Positions 36,652 through 48,699 of a stretch of DNA of 48,699 nt are shown piece after piece (within the stretch, counting starts at the first letter, position 1; every line of letters starts with the position of its first letter). The DNA lies in assembly GCA_000934665.2 (NCBI GenBank), contig JYFJ02002923.1, forward strand, positions 1-48,699, given 5' to 3'. Both the position numbers and the translations under genes were made by a program. The DNA comes from Catajapyx aquilonaris (taxonomy: Eukaryota). Under the pieces are notes generated by a model. That model was not told the origin of the DNA. It made no database searches and saw only the letters and a list, made by a program, of their open reading frames with translations.

Positions 36652-39194
36652 TTTTTTAAACATATTTACACATGCTCATCTTTTTTGCGTCTGACGACTA
36701 CTTGTTGTTATGAAACACTCCCAGATTGACAGCTGCAAAATGTTTACAAACATGTAACACCACAGCTGATTAGTACAAAATGCCTTACCAACAGCCGCAA
36801 ATGCAGCATACATGCCCTGCAGTGCGTACATACATACATACGGCGCGATAGGCCTTTACAAACTGGGGGTTTCTAATCTATGTTGCATGCACGAACTCGT
36901 TAAATTAACAAGCTAGTAACTGCAAATAAAAGCTGCGGGATTTGGAATAATGCAAGGTATAGTTAGTGGTGGGAGTTAGGGCCAAAATAAACCTTGATCG
37001 CGAACTACCCTGAGGTTGGCTCATGCTTCACGTGACGAAACTCATTCGAATTGATGCTCAGTGCGTGTAACGGCCCGTAATTTCTCCTCCCCTTCAGTAA
37101 TATTTTCTGTTTCTTTTCCTTTCGTTTAACCTCACGCGTGTGGTTTCTTTTTTTTATGGTCGCGTCACGTGACGTGCAGATGCGTGAAACGAATGTTGCG
37201 ATCCAGAAGTAAACGATAAAAATTGAGTCGAAAAGAAGCGGTCGCCTTTTCACACCACATCCAGTGCCCTCCGTGACTTACCCTCGGATGACTGTATTTC
37301 GTCCAATCGATGGCCCGTAAATCTCTTTATGTGACACGAGTCACGGAAGCTCAGTACACACACAAAAAAAACTGGCTGTTGTTGAACCTCTGAAGTAAGA
37401 ATGCATTCAACTGTATGTAGTAAGCAAATGAATTCAATTAGATGACCAATGAAACACCCGAAGCTTGTTCATAAAAATGCAGATTTTCTTTCCCCCCAAT
37501 GTTTTTAATGCAGCGGCGTCTTTTGAGACCCCCCCCCTCCGTGTAATTAGTGGCAATTAGGAATAATAATGAGGGTGGGGGGTGGGTGAAACAAATGCGT
37601 TTTCCCGGCTGGGACCCGGTTCCAAATCCTCTAGTTTTCATATATAAAAAAGAGGAAGGCGACCCAAAAACATGTGGGGAAAACAAGTGGAGGCGGCAAC
37701 ACATCTTCCATTTTAATTTCGAAGTATTTTTCGGGGGTGGAAAAAAAGGGATTTGGCCCACCTCTCCGCGATGGTAAAATCAATAGCGTTTAAAGGTGGA
37801 AAAGCCGGGTCTCTTCTCTTTCGTATACTGGTCCCATTTGACAATGAAATATTGGGGTGATTAGGTCTGGAGCAGCGCCGAATGCCGCTCAGACTATTTT
37901 ACACGCTCTGCAGCTCGGGACTTGCTCCTATGGACTTGGGGGGCCCCACCCACACATCCAACCAACCCCCCATTTTAAACCCCCCAGAGGCATTCAGCCT
38001 CAATTTGCTCCAATCCTTGCCATTTTCTCTCTTCCAACCCCAGCAATAATAATATCTTTGCGTCATTGGAAGTTGGATGCGGCATGCCTGCCTTTTTGGA
38101 CGCGCCCCCTGCGTTTTTTCCGTCGCGTTTTAGACGTAGGCCTAGCCTCTTGTATCGAATGGATGCTGAGCAAAATCTCATTCGAAGCTCAGAGGCGAAA
38201 ATCGGAGGTGCTGTGGGAAATGAGGCAGCTTGCGAAAGGTAATTTGCTTTTATTAACTTGCCCTAATTACATTCAAATTTTACCTGCCAGGTGTGGAGGA
38301 AGAAAGAGAAAGGTTAAGGCGATAGGTACAAGTACTTTGAAGGCTGGTTTTTACGAGCGGAGGGTACTCGGATGTTCTTCATCCAGTTAACAAAGTTCAG
38401 GCTTCACTGTACGTTCCGTATAAATGGCGAAAACGAAGCTACAAATTCAACACTGTTGGTAAATTCATTGACAGCCTGAAATTACTTGCTGTATTCCAAA
38501 GAAGTTAATTAGTTTACTCCGGAATATTTAATTAGTTTTATTGAGGTAATGCGTAACTTCTGCTTTGTTGTCCGGAGCCTTCTGCGGCATCAGTGCAGCG
38601 GTAATACACACAAGTACTTGAAGTGTCGGTGGGCAGTACTCAAGCGTCTACTATCAGGTAGTACAGTGCAGGCAGGAATATACTCTGGCGTCAAAGAGTG
38701 TCCTGAGGAGTAAAGGCGGCCAAGTGGTCCCCGCGTGCTTTTGATGCGTGTATTTGGGTGTCTCCTCCAGAGTTTAACGCCGCGGTTTTGGGAGAGCTTC
38801 TCTCTATACACGTGAAGCAGCAGCTATACAGTTATCCGAACCCCCTTTCCTGGATGCTGCATCCTCCTCCTCCTCCTCCTCTCGTGGTTTTAACCCAAGT
38901 GCAACGGCTTGCATTATTCCACGTCATTAGCAGCCTGATTACGACTCCGGGGGACGACTGCTAGCTGGGGTCACCTGCAACCTCTGTTCCCAAAGTGACG
39001 GGATAAATGAACTTAAGTAATGCTATTATCACGCCTCTCAAAGCCAATTTTGTGAAAAACTGTAATACGCCTTGTATAGAGCGAAATAAATAAATAAATG
39101 CAGTTTAGTGATAAAACTAGCGAGCCAATAATTTGGAAAAACCTACAATCATCAGTATGATAGTGACAATCAAACAACTTCAATGAGAAGGCCC

Positions 39195-39343
39195 GCCGAT
39201 TTACCACGTAGTACTATCTTCATGCACAGATGGCGCATACTCCCTCTGCTCGCTCCTGCCACCCTCAGGTGATGCGGGAGATAGAGATACTATCAGGTCG
39301 GTCGGACAAACAAACAGACGGAGAGAATAAACATATTAGGAGA
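39195..39343 (+). mobile_element. Second, left-truncated copy of the 36481-36651 element
   Basis: gccgatttaccac..cacagatggcgcat..tccctctgc..ctcctgccac..atgcgggaga collinear; right end cggacaaaca..gacggagaga..atattaggaga complements the left end of copy 1. Confidence 0.7.
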
Positions 39344-42300
39344 AATATTCAATTGGTAATAAATCAACGCTCGGTAATATTTTAATCATCTTCGCAATTT
39401 GCTTCCCAAAGATACGCAGATTAGACTGCCTTTTTTCAAAGCAGCTATTGCGCATTGCGTCTCTTTTTAAGTATAGCATAAGTGACCGTATGACGCAGTG
39501 TTCGTATTATTGTAATGCGCAAATTTTAAGGAAGAAAACTTCAACGCGAGATCATCAAAAGCTGGGCCCCCGTAGGGTTGCCTTTTCTTGGGTTACACGC
39601 ACTTCATAATTAGCATGTAATTTAAATATTGCACTGTATTTTGCAGCTGGAGAGTATATATTATGAGGAAAAGCGCTGCAGGGCTTCACTGCAGCAGGTA
39701 CTTCCATGCCTAATTATGTACTCATATACTCGTATTAGTTAGCCGGATGTACTTTACAAGGTGTTAGTTCCAAAGGAACCAGCCTTCCAATGCAGCCAGC
39801 AATATTCGCATAGTCCGCCTTGTGTTGTAGGCAGATGGTGCCTCACATTGAATATTGCGAATATTATTAACTTCTAATATTACTTATTATTCTACTTATT
39901 ACTTATTCTATATTAACTTCTAATATTCGTACGACAGGAGGAATTGGGCGTCCTATCGGTATTGTTATATTGAGAGTATACTGATTTATATAGTCCTCTT
40001 AGATTTTGTCTGGCCCTGTATTCATGTGCACCCGAATAAATATTATTTTCAAGTAGTAAGTAGCAAAGTGCGATGCCCCCCTTTTTAGGGTCTATTTTTG
40101 GCAAGTGGGTCACACCCTTATGATGACGCAACTAGTCCAAGACGTTTAGACAGGATGTCAGGCTTCCCCCTCAAACAATGGCTTCCCTCTCAGAGTATGA
40201 GTATTCAGGAGGCCTTGAGGAAGGAGTTGTATCGATTCATATACAGAATGGAGGGTTGTGGGGGAAGGAGGGGACATGTTATGGGGAAGGAGAGTCCTGT
40301 GAAAGCGTCCCCCCCTTCTACTCTTCCAGAAGCCGCACTTTAAGCAGTGATCGACCGCTGGGAAACTTTTCTACCCTTCTGTCTTTTTCTTCCCTTTTCC
40401 ACCCTTGCTCCACTTCACTTTTTTTTTTAAAAAAAGGGGAAGGGATAGGAGGGGAGGAGGGCTGGAGGAGAGCCTACCACCCCCACATTTCTTTCTCTGG
40501 ATTGGAAATTCAGAGATATATTTTTTGGGGAGGGGGTGCCCTCGTGGGAGCCACTTCTTCTTACAAGGAAGGAGGGTCATGGAACGAGTAGCATTTTGCA
40601 GCCTTTTGTATCGGAGCAAGTCTTCATGAGCGCAAATTCAGGCGTAAATATTCGGGTGGTACCGGTGGTTCAAGTAAAGCGCAAGGAGTAAATTCCGATG
40701 ACTTGAGCTCAAAGAATTACGTCGAAGCCTCGTATTTTTTGATAATTTAATTTTTAAGGAACTTCTTTTAATTGGGTGTAATATACACCCTCTATCGTCT
40801 TATCTGGTACTAGACTCGTCATCAGTATCTGTGCATGAAGTTTATAATGATTGTTCAACCAAGTACAGCATCTGTTGTCATTTCGCATAAGGCATTTATT
40901 TTCTTTGCGTCTGTGATAGCAAATTAAATATTATATTCAGTTGACGTTTTAAAGGTTTCTTCTCTGTATCTGTAATTTTTAGTGTTCATTTTTCCTTGTT
41001 TGTTTTTGGATGACTTTCTTTGCTGCATTATTTTGCATACGGTATATTATCGTTGAAACTCTTGGATAGTGCAACTCTGAATTCATTTTTCATATTTTTA
41101 TTCTCACGAAGATGTTCTTGTAATTTTGCATGATACGTGAAAAACATTGTGATTTTTTATTCTTAATGAATATCAAGATTTGTGTTGTTTACCCTTTACC
41201 ACAGATTTTCATTTTAATAACGTTTTACTTGTCTACTGATACAGTAAAGAACATTTTCTGCGTACGCTTTAAATATTGGTTGCATTCATTTATTCATTTA
41301 TTTTACTTTATTATTTTCATACATTTATCATTGTGAAGTTTCTTATCTGCTGTATAATGTATTTTATGCTGTCGAATTAGGTATTAGTCTTTTCTTGTGG
41401 TTCCCGTCATCGCTGACTACCCCTTTATAGGAAAATGTCGTGATGGTGTTGTTGTTGTTGAATTAGGCAGTAATTTAAGCAACATAAAGTTTGCCTTTCA
41501 ATTCCAATATTTTGCAGAAGTATTTGTAAGTTATATTTTTCTTTCCATATTTTCCACGTTGCAAACGGATGCATTTATTCATCCGTTACATTACGACCAG
41601 AGCTTGACCTCAAAAACACATCTTGAGCAGTTTTATCCCCTCTATCCAGTTCCCCAATCTCGAAAAAAAACCCGACTGTGCCATTTGCATTCAATTTGAA
41701 ACCAAAAATATAGTTTTTCTTTTTTCCTGTCCGTCCATATCTATGTTGCGGGACAGTTTCTTCTTCACGAATAGAGTCGCTTACAAGGCTGAGAAAACAT
41801 CTCCAATTTCTGCCCCATTTGGCTCTGAATGGGTGCCGGAACAAGTTGTTTGGAGAGAACGCAAGAACATACACGTGTGTATATGTATAGCCTCCCCCCA
41901 CCACCACCACCACCAACATTTTTTTCCGCTTCTTTCCTCCCCCACCCCCTCTTCGCCAATTCCTGGTAATAAAAGTTTCAGGAAAAACGATTGAAGCGGT
42001 TTCGCAAGATAGTGAAAGCGGAGAGTGAAACGAGGGGATCAATATGAGTAACCGGCTTGTTTATGTTGGGGACGTGGTGCTGTGCTGGTCACGAGCGAGT
42101 TTAGACCAGCAGGGAGAGGGGGAGTGGGTGGAAATTCACTGGGGGCCGCTTGGCTGGCCTCTCTCAGGCTACTATATGGAGCTGGACAGTGGTCAGACAG
42201 TGGACAGACAGATGAGACTCAAGTCTTCTTCCTATTGCACTTGGCTGAGAAACTTCTAGTAGACTCGTTATTCTATCTGGAATGTTACTTGTTGCGACTT

Positions 42301-44394
42301 GCAGCTGGTTTCAATAACCAGTTATTATAGGCAACTCAGTTATGTATAGAAGTGGCTAGGCTTGACTTTGTTCATACACACTGTGACTCATCACTTGCGT
42401 GCATGTAGTTCCCATAGCGACCACGTGGAGTGGGAGGAGCATATGCGCCAACTGGTAGTGGCTTATCGTACTACGTCCAAGTGAGAGCTTCGTTTCTCCC
42501 GTGACCCCAAGAGCTCTGCCAGTCTTTCCTCTCTTCTTTTTTCTCTCTTCGTTTTTCTCTCCATCTGTCCCACCTTCTAACAGCCAGATAGCCATTGATG
42601 CTTTGGCTCGTTCCTATAAACCCAAACCAAGTGAGAGCCGAGCCGGGCAGTGTTGCCAAACTTTGCCAACGGATTCAAACTAGTTAGGTTGGTCAACATA
42701 ATTTCAAGCTATGAATATGCTTCAGCCGGGTAATAAGAATCATGGCTATTGCAATGTTTCATAACGTACCGGAAACAGGTTTGTAATAACGACTAGGCAC
42801 GTAGGCGTGCTCTAATTATGAATTAATTAGTATTTACTCTGCATATATGTACAAGGTAAACAGGCGTATATAATTAATGCATTGCCGAGACGCACTGCCA
42901 ATAGTTAATCCAGGATAGGTCGTGACATTTTGGGTTTACGCACTGGTTATTTTGGATCCAAAATGGATCGCTCTAATTATGTGACACCCAGTTTACCTAT
43001 ATCCCGTGTGCGCCTGCGCGTTGCCTCCGCTACCCTTATTGAGTAGCAGTGATCGCTATTAGCAAAAGCAATCACCGTTCATACCAGACCAGAATTAGCA
43101 TAGTCCTTTCCTGGAGTTTATTCCTCCAAGGAAACGAACACTCATTCTTTTCCATAATACACTTTGACTAGAAGCTAAAGAGGCGTCATTCCAGAGACAA
43201 TCGGGCTGGTAGCGCTTCCTTGATGAAGAAGACTCGATAAAGGAGGGGAGAAAAAAGGAAGGAATAAAGAAAAGAGAGAGTGCTGAATGCTAACATTGAT
43301 CCGGAGTAAATTTAACCCACCATCCTTACCCCGCACACCAATTTTATCCGGAGGGAACGGCATAAAGGGCTTCCAAAAAATTATCTTTCGAAAATTGGCT
43401 AATTTTTGTCTAAGTACAGGGTGAAACAGCGTCTTTTTAAACTGGGGTTTTAAGAGAGAGATGGTGCGGGATGGGGGTTTATCCGAGGGATATGTGTGCT
43501 CGCAAGCTGAAGCAAATATTATTAGCAGCATGGAAGCAAACATTTGCTGGGAAAGTGCAAACTTGAACCTTTGATCTTTGTTGCTCTCCCTACCCCCTTC
43601 TCTCTCTTAACCCCCCCGACATCTCGCAGGATAGGTGTGCTGGCTGCCTGCCAGACTAATTGCTCTAATTAATTTTTGTGCACCCGCCTCCTCTTCCCCC
43701 CAACTCAGTCCAAGCACTTGCCCCTTCTATTATTTTAAGGGCTGACTTTGGGGGCCACCTGGATGTTTGTAGGGTAAACAATATTAATAGGAAGACTGTA
43801 GACTTTAACAGTTCTAATCCGAAATCTGCATGTATGGCCTGTATGTGTTGCATGATTTCAATTAGGAGGACACGTGATTACTAAGGGCGGCGGCTTCATC
43901 CGGTGAACATGTACTGACACCCTGTGCCTGCGGGAGCCACACCCACGAAAAGCGCGTAGACAAAGTGGGGGTATAAATCATGAGGTGCATAACCCTGCAG
44001 GTTTATTATACGTGGGAAGATGTGTAACAAGCGTTTCCAGCATTAGGGATGAGGTGCCAAGGAGTGTGAGTCGATCTCTATGTTTCTCTCTCTATCTCTC
44101 TTCCATCGGATAAGAAACCAACCAGAGGAGACATCTTGATCCGAGCTGTGATTTAAGCCTGTCGCAAACGGATTTATTCGTCCAATTTGGCGCCCAATCT
44201 GATACCCTTCCTCTCTCTTCCTTTCCCAAATCACGTCCCAAAGGACCACCACCCTCCTCCTGCGCCTCCCACAAACTTTGAGTAATCAGACTACATGTCA
44301 CCTCCATACGAGTTTATTACAGGTAACCAGCTCCCGGTCCTGACACCATCCTTTGGGGAGAGGCATGATATATTATTGGGCTGCCTTCGATCTA

Positions 44395-44564
44395 CAGGGT
44401 GTTTCCTAACGAGCTCGAACAAGCCCAGTTTCTCACGAATAGTTGACGTGTAGAGGTGTCAGATGGTCCGCCATACCTTATTATCAAAATAGGCATGTTT
44501 GTAACCCATCGACTTTTTAAAGACAGATGTGGATGGAGCTCCTCCATATACTGGCACACCCCTG
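44395..44564. mobile_element. Possible degenerate TA-flanked CAGGG MITE
   Basis: TA-CAGGGTGT ... ACACCCCTG-TA, short TIR only. Confidence 0.35.
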
Positions 44565-45552
44565 TACATTCAAGTGGGTTCGAGTTTGAAGAACCCTGTC
44601 GGGAGCAATCCGTCTTGAATTAGCTTCAAATTAGTGTCCATTAGAAATGGATGAAGCGAGGTTTTCTCTGGGTGTACTTTTTCTTATTCCCAAACCAAGA
44701 AGTCTCGGCTTGACTTCTCAAGTCAGCTGCTTAAAATAAGCAGGGCGGTTTGAAGAGAAAATCTGGATTTAGCTGGAGTCCCTTTAGGCTGGAGTCTTCA
44801 GCCTCAGCTCATGTGTAATTGAAGAGGAAACGAGGTCGTGGGGAAGGGGGCAGGGAGGGTGGAAATGCTGACCCCTAAGTCAATACCGAGGTCAGAGTGA
44901 GGGTGGAGAAGGGAAATCCACATGAGGTAGTCTGCAAACCCGTGGGTTGAGTCGCGGCTAACCAATCTATTCTCTAGAGAGACTGCCTGCAAAGGCCAAA
45001 ATGCTACGACCCAAACCCAGGCGATCCCCGCAAATTGGCTCCAGCTGTTACCAATCAAGCTACCTGTTTCGGAGGCCTTTGTGACTTGGCTTTTTTTGTT
45101 GTTGTTGTGTGTGTGCGCGCTGACAAACAAACAGTGGAAAACAACAAATCGAACCCAAAGTGCTCGTTGGTTTCAGGAATCGGATGCTGAGTGTCGGGGC
45201 AGGTGGCGACGTAATTTAATTGAGTATGCGCCCAGACGTATTGCAGAAAACGGCAGGAATAATCCTGGAATGATACTAGTAGCGGACCCGTTGGCCCACC
45301 CCCCAACTTGGACGTAGTACGATATGCCACTGCCAGTGGACGCATATAGGCACACTCCTGCCACTGAGAAAGTACATGCACGTTGGTGATGAGTCACCGG
45401 GCGGACAAAGTCCACCAGAGCGCTATACTACTCCGTCCTCTATAATTGTTGAACTGGGAAAATGAACGCTATGGTAACTATAGGTGATGAGCCGTCAACT
45501 TCTTTACACAGATATGATGGAAAACATAAAATAATTTCCGGTTCTAACAATA

Positions 45553-45883
45553 CAGGGTGTCTCATCTTTTTTGTCCGAACAGTTATCGGAAAATTGCACG
45601 TAGCTGCTACTTTGTAAGCAGTGACTTGCAACCGGTGATTTGTCGGAGGAATTGGGAATGGGGAAAAAGAGGGTCACACATCCCATGGCATGTGTGTGAC
45701 CCTCTTTTTTCCAGGCTTGACCTTCAATTTGCAGCGGGATGCACGTATGCCACTTCAACCTACGGTTCGCAGGGAATATTCCCCGTTCCTCCGAAAAATG
45801 ACCGTTTGAAAGTCACTGCTTACAAAGTAGCAGCTACGTGCAGTTTTCCGATAACTGTTCGGGCAAAAAGTTGAAACACCCTG
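45553..45883. mobile_element. 331-bp Tc1/mariner-type MITE with ~100-bp TIRs and TA TSD
   Basis: TA|CAGGGTGT..ACACCCTG|TA; arms share ccgaacagttatcggaaaa and tgcacgtagctgctactttgtaagcagtgactt; internal hairpin at 45662-45712. Confidence 0.9.
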
Positions 45884-46771
45884 TATACACCAGAAATGTT
45901 GATTTCTGAAGCAATATCTGTTATGCCATCAGCTCCGTCTGGGATTGCCATCCTTAGAGGATCAAAAATACAATTCCCTCCATCTCTATTTATACAGTGA
46001 CGTACACATTGCGGCATGTAAAATAATGTATGAGGCTATAGATAGGACACACCTACTAGTGTTTGCTGAGCGTCACGCACAGCCGTTGCTCTTTGCTTCG
46101 GACCAGACCCGGACACGCGACTCACATGTGTCCGAGTCAGTGCAAGTACCCAACGGAGGTGCCGTACATTACCCCGTCGGGCGTTGATTGTAATTGAAGC
46201 AGCCATTTATTTCGCCGCCAGGAGGTGTAGGAGCGATTAGCATAAATAAGGTCTCGGACGTGGATAAATAATTCAAGTGCTCGGGGTTTGGAATAATGCA
46301 GCAACGGAGGGGATAGATAGATGTACGGGTACGGCGGTGGGGGTACTACTACACGGCCGTTGCTTTTATTTACGAGGCCATATCCGGAAAGGGATGTGCC
46401 AATAGGGGGGTGGCCGTTACGTCACGTAGCCCGGGCCCCGTCTGACTATTTGATGCTTCCGACTCGGATTGAAACCCCGCCACGTCAAACCCACTTCTGT
46501 ATTTATTTCACGGCATTATCAGCCAGTTTAAACGCCGGATTACATTTCGTCACTCGAATCCGTCCCAGGAAATGAGATATAACGAGCCCAAGCCAAAATA
46601 ATCCGCCATCTTGGGGAAGTTAACTGCGGCCACGACACTTTAGTTAGCTACTAATACTGGCTAATGCATTCATTGTCTAAACTACAAAGTGGTAGAATAA
46701 CCCTTGTGTTTTTCTAGGCCTGCGGCTTACGGTGGTGGAGGCCTTATTGTTAATCGTTTTGGCCGTCGAAC

Positions 46772-47123
46772 TAGAGAGGCTGGAGTCAGAGAGTCGCCAA
46801 CTTCTGACTTCACGACGTCTCTGATTGGCTGGAGCAATTTATTATGGCATGTTCACGTGTCCTACAGAGGTCGCCATTGGGTCGCCATCGTGCGCGTGTA
46901 TGGAAGTAGTGGCCGGCTCTGACGTCACGGTCGACTCCGATTGGATGCAGCCTGCACTACTCCAACCAATCGGAGTCGACCGTGACGTCAGAGCCGGCCA
47001 CTATTTCCATAGATGCGCAAGATGGCGGCCTCCATGTGGCACGTGAACATTCCATAATTACTCCAGCCAATCAGAGACGACGTGAAGTCAGAAGTTGGAG
47101 ACTCTCTTCCTAGAGCCTCTCTA
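46772..47123. mobile_element. ~350-bp fold-back (palindromic MITE)
   Basis: TAGAGAGGC..GCCTCTCTA ends; arms complementary over almost the full length; perfect 38-bp stem 46907-46944/46966-47003 with a 21-nt loop. Confidence 0.88.
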
Positions 47124-48592
47124 CTCTCTAGGTGGAACAGGAGGGGCGGAAGCGAAGTTAACTCTCCGGCCGTCAGTGTTCAAATAGATAGTTCTCTCTT
47201 CCACCCACCAGAGGCGCTGCTTCCACTCACTGCGCATGCGTAAAACGCCGGCCAATAGGAAGAGTCGCGGCAACAAAATACATTGGACCAATCAGAGGGT
47301 TTGCAGCACAAACATGCCCACTTACGATTTTAATGTTATAGTTATTGTTGGAAAATAGTTCATATTGTGCCCTAAAGTGTCATGGCCGCTGTAGTTCGTT
47401 AGACTTCACATGTCGGCGCCACTTTACATGCGGTTGAGTTGCTGTTCGGAATTTGTACTCTTTGTATGTCGATGGGTATTGCCCGAATTTATTTATTTTT
47501 CCAGTTGGAAGCGATGCACATTTCGCGAGACGTTAATGTCCTCCGTGGACCGTGGGGGGTCCCAATGAGGTGCTCTTGAGGAATGGCTAGCGTGTGGTCG
47601 TGGCAGCTGAGGGCCTCTTCAGCTTAAACTCGTGTATAAGGAGAGAGGCCGTTCTTGGCCATTGAGAGGCAACATTAGATGCGAGAAGTTTGCTCTCTCT
47701 GGCGGGAATGGGTCAGATCAGGAGAGTTTTACTGTGCGAATGAGGCCCGGTAATTGCAAAGGGGAAGTAAAAAGAAAGAGAGAAAAGAAACGGTTATCTG
47801 GCGTAATGTCACGAGTTGTCGCCGAGTAGCTGCTACTCTTGAAATGCGTCTGACACCTCTTAATAAAACGATAGCCTATTCGCCAATATGTCGCAAAAGT
47901 AACGTAGATTCGATTGTAACATAACCCATTACGTAAACCTAACCTGTCTGCTTGTTTGCACATCGCCAAATTTGGATTCGCCGATATTGGAAGACTGAAA
48001 TGGTGACGTAACTTAGAGAGGAACAGGAAGGACTCAAGTTCCTGTCAATATCAGTGGGCAGATAGAGTGTGGCAAAGGATTGGCGAAATTGTGGCAGGAT
48101 TTTGGATCCTTGCGAAATATTGAGACGTGTTAATTTCCGATTCGTGACAGTTTGTAATTAGGGGTCATCCTGCTCATTAGGTTACACGTATAGCTAGAGA
48201 TCCAATCACGCTAATTATAAATCGCAGGTTCTCAAAGAAAGCGTGTGGGTCACAAATCCCATCTTCATTATTATTTCGGGCAAAAAAAGCACAAGTTGAT
48301 TTACGAGTAAGTGAAGCTATTTGTGCGGTAGAGACCGGTGGGAATTAATGAATTATTTTTTCTATTTTTGGAGGCATATGACCCCGGGAATATAAATTGC
48401 GGAGCGATTCCTTTTCTGTCCTATCTTGCTATATACTTCTGCGATGGAATTCCGTGACTGCAATTGTCAAGTCCCCTGTGCCGAAGGAGCCAATTAGAAT
48501 AATCAGACCAAATTAGCTTAATTACTCTTTACTTATGTAAAACGCTTACATATCGATCATTCAGCTACCGCATTGCTGCAAAGATCAATCCT

Positions 48593-48608
48593 TATATATA
48601 TATATATA
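48593..48608. repeat. (TA)n microsatellite
   Basis: Direct reading. Confidence 0.85.
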
Positions 48609-48699
48609 TTTTTTCAGCGTATTGTGGGTAATTTATTACACACCACCGCGTGTTTTCTAGACCAGGTCTAGACCCGGTCTAGTTTCTCTCCGGGTGCTG

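Noticed and set aside
40650..40720. tRNA/SINE-head-like sequence
   Set aside because: No convincing B box or cloverleaf
36941..46300. Exact 14-mer tttggaataatgca at 36941 and 46287
   Set aside because: Several such matches are expected by chance in 49 kb
27800..48699. Numerous 60-180 aa ORFs
   Set aside because: Homopolymer-derived composition, no domains, no transposase or RT motifs, no coherent splice chain
1..48699. CRISPR arrays, operons, rRNA, known miRNAs
   Set aside because: Spliced eukaryotic locus; no repeat-spacer periodicity; only seed-length matches to miRNAs I could recall (not an exhaustive search)

Overview
Eukaryotic (very likely arthropod) genomic DNA, mostly intronic, with two + strand genes. 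Gene 1 (CDS 28..21927, 9 coding exons, 1980 nt = 659 aa + stop, all splice phases compatible) encodes signal peptide-CCP-CCP-MAM-somatomedin B-Thr-rich mucin stalk-TM-short tail, the architecture of a class C scavenger receptor (Drosophila Sr-CI type). Gene 2 begins with a coding exon at 27484..27771 encoding the signal peptide and start of the Venus-flytrap domain of a GABA-B receptor subunit 2. I found no further exon, so the remaining ~21 kb is probably one intron. The introns hold several non-autonomous DNA elements (TA-flanked CAGGGTG MITEs, a 350-bp fold-back rich in TF motifs, other two-copy families) and microsatellites. No prokaryotic features, CRISPR array, tRNA or rRNA were seen, and I cannot claim a wholly new system. 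The best leads are a 61-nt inverted repeat pair bracketing exactly the frame-symmetric MAM exon block (exon skipping or stop-free circRNA), the motif-rich hairpin in the GABA-B-R2 intron, a NHERF-type PDZ ligand on SR-C, and uORFs in the GABA-B-R2 leader. All alignments were done by eye.
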